Part shown: in pieces, positions 39,509 through 49,428 of the stretch
Position numbering within the stretch: the stretch's first letter is position 1
Layout of the letters: each line of letters opens with the position of its first letter
DNA from: Candidatus Latescibacterota bacterium
GTDB taxonomy: Bacteria > Latescibacterota > CBDEFO01
DNA: 64,000 bases
Assembly (NCBI GenBank): GCA_965248755.1
Contig: OZ252149.1
Span: 1,568,001 to 1,632,000 of the forward strand
Direction: 5' to 3'
Notes under the pieces: generated by a model
The model's database searches: none
Told to the model about the DNA's origin: nothing
The model's input: only the letters and a program-made list of their open reading frames with translations
Position numbers and translations under genes: made by a program

Positions 39509-40015
39509 TTAATATGGATAGCCGCCTCCGCCCCCGCCGCCACTCGGAGGTGGCTTGCTTGTATCTCTGAAAGGTACGGGATACCAGTAATCGAAAGTTA
39601 GGGAGGAATCCTCTACTGCAGTTAGAAAGATTTTCCCAAAGTCAGCCTCCTTGCTCCTGACGGCGTAGTAGTGTCCTTCCACAACCTTCATCGTCTCTGG
39701 GCCGGCTAGATCTCTCTTGGATATAGAACTGAAGTTAGATCTGCTTCTATCCTCCATTTGAGCCGGAACTATGGCGTAGATCATAGCGTTGCCATCTATA
39801 CTAGCGGCGGAGAAGTCTCCGCTGGAAGAGGAGATCGTGCCAGAAGACAGATCGAACCCGTCTTCGAATGAATGTGCCAGAGGGAGCTGATCTGTGCCCG
39901 TAGGTGTAGAAGAAATGGAAGTCGGACTGCTATCTTCCCCACAGCCTGATAGAATTGCAAAAATGGCTAAAATCAACCCTAACGATACACTGTCAGTGAA
40001 CTTCACGACTTTCAC
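39509..40015 (-). CDS. Hypothetical lipoprotein
   Basis: LSGC lipobox, Ser/Thr linker, Pro/Gly tail. Confidence 0.65.
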   Translation of the reverse strand: MKVVKFTDSVSLGLILAIFAILSGCGEDSSPTSISSTPTGTDQLPLAHSFEDGFDLSSGTISSSSGDFSAASIDGNAMIYAIVPAQMEDRSRSNFSSISKRDLAGPETMKVVEGHYYAVRSKEADFGKIFLTAVEDSSLTFDYWYPVPFRDTSKPPPSGGGGGGGYPY

Positions 40016-40138
40016 CTTCTGCTGTTATTACCTTGTCTTTTTGTCCTGATGCCTCACAGTCGTTTTGTATTACTCCCTAAATCTACAAGGGGATATATCC
40101 AAAGTCAAGAGAAATATCACATTCACGATTGTGACAAT

Positions 40139-40207
40139 GTGAGGGCGGGGTTATCCCGCCCTTGGGCCGAGTGGTCGCTGATTGAATCTATCGGGGATCG
40201 CCCCTAC
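40139..40207. repeat. REP doublet carrying a 21-bp repeat (40176-40196)
   Basis: GGGCGGGGTTATCCCGCCC...CGCCCCTAC. Confidence 0.65.
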
Positions 40208-40430
40208 GAAAACATTCGTTCGTGCAAATTGTTATCTCTTTGCAAAACCTAAGCTTTACCTTTCCGAATCAGAGTCACATTCATAACCCGTCCCGTGTAT
40301 GGGCTATTACATGCACAAATACGGGATCTATTCAAAAAAACATTGACAGGTACCGAGCCCTTCTATATTTTTGTTCTGTGAAGAAGGTAAATTGACGTTC
40401 ACGAAATACTTGAGGGGAGTCCCTGTCTAC

Positions 40431-40451
40431 CCCCGATAGATTCAATCGGGT
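40431..40451. repeat. 21-bp palindromic dispersed repeat
   Basis: CCCCGATAGATTCAATCGGGT. Confidence 0.78.
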
Positions 40452-40480
40452 CCTACTGTCTAGTGGTTAAGGAGGTAGCT

Positions 40481-41950
40481 ATGCGCATTGCACTTGCCGG
40501 TTTTATGCACGAATCCAATACGTTTTCAGATGTACCCACCACACTCAAGCACTTTGAGGACTCAAGCCTACACTATGGAGAGGACGTAATTGAGATCTGG
40601 AAAGATGCGCACCACGAGATGGGAGGCTTTATCGCTGGCGCAGAGGAAAATAGCTTTGAGGCCGTGCCGATCCTGATGGCATCGGCGACGCCGTCAGGTC
40701 CGGTCACAGAGGAGACCTATGAGAAGATCGTCGGAGACCTTATCGAAGGCCTTCGCAAGGCCGGTCAGTTGGACGGCCTCCTGTTAGCTCTGCACGGGGC
40801 GATGGTCTCTGAGGCTTATCCGAACGCTGACGGAGAGACCGCAGAGCGTCTGCGCCGTGAAGTGGGGCCTAATTTTCCGATCGTGTTGTCGCTTGATCTG
40901 CACGCAAACGTATCGTCCCGGATGGTGGATTGTCCCACTGCGACTGTGATCTACCGGACCTGTCCCCACCTCGACCAACGGGAAAGAGGCATTGAGTGCG
41001 CTGCGCTAATCGCCCGGACGGTGAGAGGGGAGATCCATCCCGTGCAGGCGATGAAGAAACCCCCACTGCTTCCCAACATCGCTCAGCACCATACCGGCGC
41101 GGGTGCTATGGCCGAGATCGTAAGGGAAGTCCACAGGATAGCTAACCTTCCTGGTATCCTGTCCGCCTCCTTTGCGGTCGGATTTGCCTATGCGGATGTT
41201 CCCGATCTGGGCCCGGCCGCTGTCGTGGCCGCCGAGGCAGACAAGGAGCGGGCAGAGGCCGAGGTACAGCGTCTCTCCGATTTCGTATGGGAGCGGCGGG
41301 AGGGGCTAAACATGAAATTGCCGGACCCGGAGACTGCGGTTAAGGAGGCAGCAGCAAGTCCAAGCTGCCCGGTAACTCTGATGGACTGCGGGGACAACGT
41401 GGGCGGCGGCAGTCCGGGGGATTCGACGATCCTCCTTTCTGAGATCATAAGACAGGGCGTTCAAAACTGCCTCGTTGTCCTGTACGATCCAGAATCCGTA
41501 CGAGCGTGCGTGGAGGCAGGCGTCCGCAAGACCGTACAACTGGAAGTGGGCGGCAAGACCGACCGCCGCCACGGGGAGCCGATCCCGATCCAAGGACAGG
41601 TCCGGACGATCTCCGACGGAAAATATATAGAACCCGAGCCCCGCCACGGCGGGAAACGCTTCTTCGATCAGGGCATCACCGCTGTTGTAGAGACAGATGA
41701 GGGCCACACTATAGTGCTCAACAGCCTGCGCGAGGCGCCGATGAGCCTCCATCAGATCCTAAGCCTCGGAATCCGTCCCAATACGAAGAAGATCATCGTG
41801 GCCAAGGGAGTCATAGCCCCGCGGGCGGCGTACGAACCCGTCTCGGCGAGAATCATCGCGGTCGATACGCCCGGCGTGACTGCCACTGGCCCGGAGCACT
41901 TTACCTATTACCACCGACCCAAACCCCTCTATCCACTTGATCCTGTTTGA
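40481..41950 (+). CDS. M81 family metallopeptidase (MlrC-like)
   Basis: HESNTFS, LHGAM, LDLHAN, PHLD, DNVGGG; AAGGAGG RBS. Confidence 0.9.
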   Translation: MRIALAGFMHESNTFSDVPTTLKHFEDSSLHYGEDVIEIWKDAHHEMGGFIAGAEENSFEAVPILMASATPSGPVTEETYEKIVGDLIEGLRKAGQLDGLLLALHGAMVSEAYPNADGETAERLRREVGPNFPIVLSLDLHANVSSRMVDCPTATVIYRTCPHLDQRERGIECAALIARTVRGEIHPVQAMKKPPLLPNIAQHHTGAGAMAEIVREVHRIANLPGILSASFAVGFAYADVPDLGPAAVVAAEADKERAEAEVQRLSDFVWERREGLNMKLPDPETAVKEAAASPSCPVTLMDCGDNVGGGSPGDSTILLSEIIRQGVQNCLVVLYDPESVRACVEAGVRKTVQLEVGGKTDRRHGEPIPIQGQVRTISDGKYIEPEPRHGGKRFFDQGITAVVETDEGHTIVLNSLREAPMSLHQILSLGIRPNTKKIIVAKGVIAPRAAYEPVSARIIAVDTPGVTATGPEHFTYYHRPKPLYPLDPV

Positions 41951-42059
41951 CGATAACAGGTAGACAGGGAGACGCGTCATGGACGTCGGGGGCAACAGAC
42001 GAGGGTGGCTTCGGGAAAAGGAAGAGAACGCGGAGTGTCCTGTAAAGAGGTAAAGCGAA

Positions 42060-43178
42060 ATGAAAAACACAATAGTTAAATTCTCAATAGTTCTTGCTGC
42101 GATAGCCCTGGTTATAGCAGGTATCGCTCCGGGTATCGACGCCCAGATGTCCGGCCCAATTATAAGTAATTACGTGAGAGCGATTGCAGTAGTACCTGGA
42201 GGGAACGCGGTCTATGTGGGCATTGAAGATCTTGTAGCGGGCGGTGTCCTTCGATTTACTCCAGATACTGGAGAAGTAGAAGCGATGAACAAGGGTTTGG
42301 GAAACCTGTATGTCCGCGACCTTGCCATTGATCCTTCCGATCCATCACGGATCTATGTAGCTTCGGGAGAGGGTATCTTACGCAGCGAAGATGGAGGAAG
42401 ACACTGGGCAGCGATCAATCAGGGTTTACTGCCGGGAGATATGAACGAACTATGGATAGGTTCTCTTAATTCGGAATTGTTGTTAGCACAGGGTCCTATC
42501 GGGAGAGTTTACCGCACAGATGATGGAGGTAACCAGTGGCGTTTGTTGTATTGGCCTGGTATCGACTTCGGAAGTAATTGGGGGACAGAGCTCGCAGCGA
42601 CGAGTGACGGCAGTACTATCTTTGCCTTCAAGGCCGGCGTACCTTTCCGTCGGAGCACTGATGGTGGTGAGACGTGGGAGGATCTTTCAATAGTGAGTGG
42701 GGCCTTCGCGTTCTCTTCGGATGAGAAGATCTTTTACGCTGGCAAAGGATTAATCAGAGATAAAAGAGCGGTGGTCGTATATCGGAGTCTGGACGAAGGA
42801 GATACGTGGGAGGGACTCGAGTATGGTCCTCCGATTGATACTGAAGAATATCGGCTCCCCATCTGGGGGAACACTATCTGCTTGCTGCCAGATCCAGATG
42901 CTCCTGGTGTCATCTATGCGGGTACGACAGAGGGGGTGTTCTACACGACTGATGGGGGAATTGTCTGGCAGCCTTTGGGCAGTCAACCATTGAACTTTGA
43001 AGAATGGAACGGCCCTGTTTTTGCAATGGCCTTAGACCCGGATAGATCGCGTCTTTACGTCGGCAGGCCTGACGGTCTGTTCTTCGTGCCGCTTCCAGAG
43101 TATCCGAACCCTTCGGCAGTGGAGGCTAATTCGTGGGGAACGATTAAGTCACTTTTTACAAAGGAGACAGAACAATGA
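42060..43178 (+). CDS. Secreted BNR/Asp-box beta-propeller protein with C-terminal SWGxIK motif
   Basis: Signal peptide; repeated S/T-x-D-G-G-x-x-W; AVEANSWGTIKSLF. Confidence 0.8.
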   Translation: MKNTIVKFSIVLAAIALVIAGIAPGIDAQMSGPIISNYVRAIAVVPGGNAVYVGIEDLVAGGVLRFTPDTGEVEAMNKGLGNLYVRDLAIDPSDPSRIYVASGEGILRSEDGGRHWAAINQGLLPGDMNELWIGSLNSELLLAQGPIGRVYRTDDGGNQWRLLYWPGIDFGSNWGTELAATSDGSTIFAFKAGVPFRRSTDGGETWEDLSIVSGAFAFSSDEKIFYAGKGLIRDKRAVVVYRSLDEGDTWEGLEYGPPIDTEEYRLPIWGNTICLLPDPDAPGVIYAGTTEGVFYTTDGGIVWQPLGSQPLNFEEWNGPVFAMALDPDRSRLYVGRPDGLFFVPLPEYPNPSAVEANSWGTIKSLFTKETEQ

Positions 43179-43248
43179 CTGCTGGAAGATTTTCAGGACT
43201 GATGTGGCGTGGTGCTTTTCTGGAACATCTCGGATCGGGACTGTTGCC

Positions 43249-44160
43249 ATGACAAAAAGCAGTTATAGCACGGCGGGCTTTAAGGATCGTGATCTGGAGG
43301 CAGCGCTGGACGGGATTGCAGCGGCAGGATTTCCTTGCATTGAAGTGGCAGCGGTCCCACATGCGTCTGGGCCTCCGTCCGGGCAAGCTGCGGCCGAGGT
43401 GCGTCGGCAGATCGAACGCCGACAACTGCTCGCCACCACGCTGCACGCGCCGCCCGGATATCACGTGCTCGGCGCACCCACTGAGGACTGGCGGCAGGAA
43501 AAGGTTAAGGTACTGGCTGATCACCTTCTGTTTGCGGGCGAGATCGGTGCATCCGGCGTCATCATCCATCCGATCCCGAACCCGATCTTTCTGCCGGAAG
43601 GCGCGGATATCAAGGCATTGCTCGTGCCTATGGAGGACGCGGTAAAGCGGTCTCTGGATGAACTGATACCTGTAGCCGCCGAGGCGGGGGTTCGGATGTT
43701 GCTCGAAAACCTGCCTTATGCCTTAGGCAAGGCTGACAGTTGGGTGATGGAGCAAGCTCCCGAACTCAACGCAATTGAAGGCGATGATCCGATTGTCTAC
43801 CCGTTGATTGCAATGCATCAACTGCGCCCCTTCGTCGATGCATATCCACCGGAACAGGTCGGACTGGTGGTTGACACCGGGCATGCCTGGACATCGGGCA
43901 TCGATCCCGTCTCCGAAATCAAGGCTGCGGGTGATCGCCTCTGGGGCACCCACCTGCAAGATGTGGACGCTGACCGGCCCCGCGACAATCACTGGGTCCC
44001 GACGCAAGGGGGTCTGGACTGGCAGGCTATCCGGTCGGCGCTGCAACGGGTCGGTTATGCGGGAGTCTGGACGTTTGAAGTCATCAACGGGCAAAAGGGC
44101 GAAAGCCGGGAGGAACTCGCAAGACAGACGCGCGCCGTTGCGTCTGCGTGGGATTTATAG
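43249..44160 (+). CDS. Sugar phosphate isomerase/epimerase (TIM barrel)
   Basis: LLEN, VDTGH, HLQD, DNHW, FE. Confidence 0.85.
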   Translation: MTKSSYSTAGFKDRDLEAALDGIAAAGFPCIEVAAVPHASGPPSGQAAAEVRRQIERRQLLATTLHAPPGYHVLGAPTEDWRQEKVKVLADHLLFAGEIGASGVIIHPIPNPIFLPEGADIKALLVPMEDAVKRSLDELIPVAAEAGVRMLLENLPYALGKADSWVMEQAPELNAIEGDDPIVYPLIAMHQLRPFVDAYPPEQVGLVVDTGHAWTSGIDPVSEIKAAGDRLWGTHLQDVDADRPRDNHWVPTQGGLDWQAIRSALQRVGYAGVWTFEVINGQKGESREELARQTRAVASAWDL

Positions 44161-44247
44161 TTACCCCGCGTCGAATCCAAAAAGGGCATGACAGGGCACC
44201 CGAGTTCTGTAGATACGGGGATCACTTCAGAATCCGACAGACCCAAT

Positions 44248-45951
44248 TCATCTGAGCTCTTTGAAGTATTCGGAGGCCAGCACCTGTTCTGAAACGCGGC
44301 TCATCTGGTAGCGTTCGCACAGGAGGATATAGGTGTCTATCAGTCTGGCGCGCTCCCCCGCTTCCATTTCCCCTCCTGCAAGGATCATCGCCTTGTAAGC
44401 GGAGATCGAAGCCTTCTCTACACGTGCCTGGACGTCGTCATCGTCCGCAAGCGTTAGAGCTTGCTCAAAGTAGTCGAGGGCCTTCTGCGAGACCTCCGGA
44501 TTCAGACCTGCCTCCTCTGGCGTCGGAAAGCGCGGGTGAACTCCCAGTTCTTCGGCGTTGTCATGGAGCATGTTGATGTAATTCATAATTGGTTGAGCTG
44601 CGCTCTTGTAGTGCAGCCTGACAAATTCCTCCAGGATAGCTTGATCATCCAGTTGCTGATTCCAGATCATTTTCCCGATCAGAAAATTCCTAATATCGCA
44701 GAGTTCCCCTGTCCTTCCGTTGTAGTTAGCCTGCATGAACACGCCCTTTGCGTTGTTGCGCAGGAAGTAGCGGACGTTCGGACCGATGGCGCGCAGATTT
44801 GGGAACGGCAGATCGTAAATGCTGAAATTGGTGTTGTAGTTCCAGACCCAGATGTCATTGCAGATCTTCCCCCACTCATACATATCCTGACAGAATGCGT
44901 GATTCTTCTCGCACTTAGGATCATCTATAGGGTGGAGGGTGCAGCATTCGATGCTGCAAAGCTGGATCTGGACGTTATGTCGCGGTCGCATGGTCACCGG
45001 CGGCTTGCGGGTGTACTGGTAAGCAAGCGTGCCGACTTTGACGTCCGGGTGTGCCTTTTCTACATGCTCTGCCACAGCGTTGACGAACGCAAGTTGTGAT
45101 CCCATCGGTGCCCCTTCACGCTCGTTGATCTCCTCGCAAGAGTCGCACCTGCAGTACGCACGCGTATCCGCCTGGCTTACACTTACGTTTTTGCTCTGGG
45201 GATTTTCATCTAGGCTCTTAATCGCAGCTTCTGCAGCAACCTGGATGACTTCCGGGTTTGTGACACACAACTGCGGTCCGGCGCCGTACTTGTCGGTATG
45301 GCGCTTTCCGTCCACCAGCGCGTAGTATTCCGGGTGATGTGCGCCGTATTCATCGAAGGGCACCAGCCTGTGGAAGGAGTGGTTGATGAGAGTCTGCTGC
45401 GTCCTGCCCCCCAACTTTTCATCGTCTGTCACTGTGTTTACCCGCAGTCGCGCCGCAAATTCCGGGTGCTCCATATTCTCCAGGTAAGCGCTCCAACGGA
45501 ACGAAAATGGTGGATTGTATATATATGTCCCGCAGGGAATCCTGGGGGCAGACGCATCCGGAACGTGAGTGTGGTCATACGTGAGGAAGCGCACATGAAA
45601 GAAATCTTCCAGGAACTGATAGACACCGTAGAGCGTGCCGCGGGGACGCCCGCCAGAAATAATGACGTGATCACTCTCTACGACGATCTGCAGCTCCTCT
45701 TCTCCCAATGCGGCAGAATCAAAAGCCGCAGCATCCGGACCTATATAGACGTGATCGGCTCTCTCCTGGGCGGTCGACCGCAATGGAAGTTCTATTCCCG
45801 TGGCCTTCCCGAACCACTTCAGGAACTCTTCGGCTGCATACTTTTCAGAGGGGATCGCCTCGGCGGAGACCACAACATCCCAGCCGCGCATCCGGGAGCA
45901 GTCTAATGTACCTTCTGATGGTTGATGAGAGAGAGTTTTCGAGATTGACAT
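44248..45951 (-). CDS. DUF4838 domain protein, paralog 1
   Basis: RGTLYGVYQFLE, HPEYYALVDGKR, QLCVTNP, TLAY. Confidence 0.85.
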   Translation of the reverse strand: MSISKTLSHQPSEGTLDCSRMRGWDVVVSAEAIPSEKYAAEEFLKWFGKATGIELPLRSTAQERADHVYIGPDAAAFDSAALGEEELQIVVESDHVIISGGRPRGTLYGVYQFLEDFFHVRFLTYDHTHVPDASAPRIPCGTYIYNPPFSFRWSAYLENMEHPEFAARLRVNTVTDDEKLGGRTQQTLINHSFHRLVPFDEYGAHHPEYYALVDGKRHTDKYGAGPQLCVTNPEVIQVAAEAAIKSLDENPQSKNVSVSQADTRAYCRCDSCEEINEREGAPMGSQLAFVNAVAEHVEKAHPDVKVGTLAYQYTRKPPVTMRPRHNVQIQLCSIECCTLHPIDDPKCEKNHAFCQDMYEWGKICNDIWVWNYNTNFSIYDLPFPNLRAIGPNVRYFLRNNAKGVFMQANYNGRTGELCDIRNFLIGKMIWNQQLDDQAILEEFVRLHYKSAAQPIMNYINMLHDNAEELGVHPRFPTPEEAGLNPEVSQKALDYFEQALTLADDDDVQARVEKASISAYKAMILAGGEMEAGERARLIDTYILLCERYQMSRVSEQVLASEYFKELR

Positions 45952-47281
45952 ATAAGGCCTCCAGTTGTTAATTGAAAAGATTACAGTAGTGGTGCCAACT
46001 CGCTGGTCAGCTCAAAAGCTGAGGCAGCCGCTGAATTCACGCTGGATCCATTATTATTCCGCGCCGTCAGAACGACAAAACACCCGAGTCCTTTTGATTT
46101 AGAGATCGGTGCTGTGACAGGGAGACAGAATTCACCTGAGCTCCTTGAAGTATTCGGAGGCCTGCACTTGCTCTGAAACGTGGCTCATCTGATAGCGTTT
46201 GCACAGGGCGATATAGTGTTCGATCAGTCTGGCGCGCTCCCCCGCTTCCATGTCCCCTCCTGCAACGATCATCGCCTTGTAAGCGGAGATCGAAGCCTTC
46301 TCGACACGCACCCGGACGTTGTCATCTTCAGCAAGAGCCAGAGCCTGCTCAAAGTAGTCGAAGGCTCTCCGTGAGAGCTCCGAATTCAGTCCTATTTCCT
46401 CTGGTGATGGGAAGCAGCCCGGGTGAACCCCTTTCTTTTCGGCGTTGTCATGGAGCATGTTGATATAGTCCATGATTAGCTCCGCTGCGCCCTTGTAGTG
46501 CAGGCCGACAAATTCCTCCAGTACAGCCCGATCATCCAGGTGCGGATTCCAGATCATTTTCCCGATCAGGTAATTCCTAATATCGCAAAGTTCACCTGTC
46601 CTGCCGTTGTGGTTACCCTGCATGAACACGCCCTTCGCGTTGTTGCCCAGAAAGTAGCGCACGTTCGGGCCGATGGAGCGCAGATTTGGGAAGGGCAGAT
46701 CGTAAATGCTGAAATTGGTGTTGTAGTTCCAGACCCAGATGTCATCACACATCTTCCCCCATTCATCCGTATCCTGGCAGAATGCTCTATTTTTCTCGCA
46801 ATTTGGGTCATCTATTGGGTGGAGGGTGCAGCACTCGATGCTGCAAAGCTGGATCTGGATGTTATGTCGCGGTCGGATAGTTTTAGGCGGCTTGCGGGTG
46901 TACCAATAGGCAAGCGTGCCGACTTTGGCGTCCGCATGTGCTCTTTCTACACGCTCAGCTACAGCGTTGACGAACGTCAGTTGCGCGCCCATAGGCGTGC
47001 CTTCGCGTTGATTGATCTCCTCGCACGGGTCACACCGGCAGTACGCATCGGTATCCGCCTGGCTGACACTGACGTTTTTTATCTCAGGATTTTCATCCAG
47101 ATATCTAATCGCCGCATCAGCGGCAATCCGGATGACTTCCGGGTTTGTGACACACAACTGCGGACCGGCGCCGTGCTTGTCGGTATGACGCTTTCCGTCT
47201 ACCAGTGCGTAATACTCCGTGTGATCTGTGTACTGCCCCCCTGGAAAGCGACACCGATTAAGCAACTTGGGGTAGCAGATA

Positions 47282-48121
47282 TTATTGTTTTCTCCATTCT
47301 TGCAGGGTCTTGTATCCCAGGGATGAATGAAGCCTGTTCTTGTTGTAATTATCGATCCACTGAGATATGATCTTCTCAGCCTGTTCAAAGGATTCAAACT
47401 TGTGAAGCCAAACACACTCTTGCTTGAGGGTCCTGAAAAAACGCTCTACAACACCGTTCCAATCGGGTTTACCACTTGGTATGTATTCCTGACGAATTCC
47501 CCAATATTCGGTACTGGCCAAATAGGCCCGAGCCAAAAAGATGGAACCATTGTCAGAGCGCAAAGTGAGACCCTGGGGGACAGCCTCCTTGGAAGTGTAT
47601 CGAGAGATCACGGCCCGATCCAGGGCATCTGTGGCCTCCAGTGCCCTCCCTTTTCGACTAAAACGATACCCAGGAACCTCCCGGCTTCCGTTGTCCACCA
47701 CCGCAATAAGAGGACACCAACCATCTTTTCCACAGTAAATCTTTGTCAAGTCACTCGACCACAAACTGTCGGGACTATCCACCACAGAACGCTTCTGGGC
47801 AACCTGTGGCCCCTTTCTCCCGGGACGATTCCACAGCTTACACTGCCACCCCTTAAGCTTCATTATCCTATGAACCTTCTTAACGTTGACACATTCCCCT
47901 TCCTTGAAACGAAGATGCGCCCAAACCCGCCTGTGACCAAATGCCTCTTCTTGGTCCAGTATCCCTCGAATACGAAAAGCAAGCTCCTCATCTATCACAG
48001 GCTCTTTAACAGAAGAACTGACACCTCTATCCCTAAACCTATACAGAGTCGAACGATGCAAACCCAAAGCCAAAGCTACCACCTTGCGGGAATAGCCTCG
48101 ACCCAAAAACCGCCCACTCAA
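47282..48121 (-). CDS. IS3-family transposase OrfB (hybrid, 8 aa shorter)
   Basis: Ends TLQEWRKQ*. Confidence 0.9.
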   Translation of the reverse strand: MSGRFLGRGYSRKVVALALGLHRSTLYRFRDRGVSSSVKEPVIDEELAFRIRGILDQEEAFGHRRVWAHLRFKEGECVNVKKVHRIMKLKGWQCKLWNRPGRKGPQVAQKRSVVDSPDSLWSSDLTKIYCGKDGWCPLIAVVDNGSREVPGYRFSRKGRALEATDALDRAVISRYTSKEAVPQGLTLRSDNGSIFLARAYLASTEYWGIRQEYIPSGKPDWNGVVERFFRTLKQECVWLHKFESFEQAEKIISQWIDNYNKNRLHSSLGYKTLQEWRKQ

Positions 48122-48429
48122 GGCAACCGCTTCGTTTTTTTTAGACGGGCTACCTCTTCGAGTATCTCCAACTGGAGCGTCAACTGCCCTACCTTGCGCT
48201 CCAACCGGCTAACCTCTCGCTCCTTCGGATCCTTGCGACCACGCCGAGACTTCAGACTCTCCTGGCCCCCTTCTAAGAAACTATCACGCCAAGCATACGC
48301 CTGCGACTGGCTAATTCCATTCTTACGACACACCTCAGATAGATCTGCTCCTCTCAAAAGAGCCAACACAATCTCTCCCTTACGGGTCGCCGTCCAGCGC
48401 TTACCATCTTTCACTTCGGGGCTCGACAC
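48118..48429 (-). CDS. IS3-family transposase OrfA
   Basis: Identical protein to copy 1. Confidence 0.9.
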   Translation of the reverse strand: MSSPEVKDGKRWTATRKGEIVLALLRGADLSEVCRKNGISQSQAYAWRDSFLEGGQESLKSRRGRKDPKEREVSRLERKVGQLTLQLEILEEVARLKKTKRLP

Positions 48430-48865
48430 CTTGACCTCCCTTCTCAAACCCCAATTTGCGAAATATTTGTCGCTCTGTCAAGGGGAGCGGTATGTCTGCA
48501 CCGTACTCATCGAAGGGCACCAGCATGCGGAAGGAGTGGTTGATGAGAGTCTGCTGTGTCTTGCCCCCCAACTTTTCATCGTCTGTGACTGTATTTACCC
48601 GCAGGCGCGCAGCGAATTCCGGGTGCTCCCTATTCTCATAGTAAGCGCTCCACCGGAACGAAAATGGTGGATTGTATGTATATGTCCCGCAGGATATTCT
48701 GGGGGCAGACGCCTCCGGGACGTGCGTTTGGTCATGCGTGAGGAAGAGCACATGAAAGAAATCTTCGAGGAACTGATAGACTCCGTAGAGCGTGCCGCGG
48801 GGACGCCCGCCAGAAATAATGACGTGATCACTCTCTACGACGATCTGCAGCTCCTCCTCTCCTAT

Positions 48866-48886
48866 CCCCGATAGATTCAATCGGGG
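48866..48886. repeat. 21-bp palindromic repeat inserted in frame (PRLNLSG)
   Basis: Exact consensus; absent from paralogs 1 and 3. Confidence 0.9.
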
Positions 48887-49245
48887 AGTGGCATAATGAA
48901 GAGCCCCAGCATCCGGTCCTATATAGACATGATCGGCTTCCCCTTGGGCAGTCGTACGCAAGGGAAGTTCTATCCCCGAAGCCTGACCGAACCACTTTTG
49001 GAACTCTTCGGCCGCATATTCTTCGGAAGATATCGCCTCGTCAGCGACGACTATATCCCAGCCATTCATCTGGGAGCAGTCTAATGTGCCTTCTGATAGT
49101 CGATAAGAAAGCGTTTTTGATATTGACATATTTGGCTCTCCGGCTGTCAATTGAACAGGTTAGAGACTCACAGGTTGAAACGTCTCAAATGGGGAATGGT
49201 CATAAGCCCATAATGCTTCAGCCAATCGCTTCAAATCCTCCGACT

Positions 49246-49413
49246 TCAACCGATTGATCGTCCTGCGTTAGTTGGGATCTTTGGGGGACCTTCGGCGATC
49301 AATTCATCATAGCGGCCGCGAAGTACCCGCAGACTCCCGGACTCGATGACATCAGCAGCGATTACATAGCTATTCTCGTAATGGAGCTGGGTTTGTTCCT
49401 CTGTAAAGGGCAT
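49246..49413 (-). pseudogene. Truncated phytanoyl-CoA dioxygenase (PhyH) N-terminus
   Basis: MPFTEEQTQLHYENSYVIAADVI after GGGAGG; resembles the PhyH starts at 56799 and 59955. Confidence 0.45.
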
Positions 49414-49428
49414 ATAGATTCCTCCCTT

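Larger units (their letters stand above)
47229..48494 (-). mobile_element. IS3-family IS, copy 6 (hybrid with mini-IS right end)
   Basis: 1266 bp, TCTG target duplication; 47229-47312 matches the mini-IS. Confidence 0.93.
46132..49129 (-). pseudogene. DUF4838 paralog 2, interrupted by IS copy 6 and carrying a 21-bp in-frame insert
   Basis: The halves rejoin as YGADHTEYY after removing the IS and one TCTG. Confidence 0.9.
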
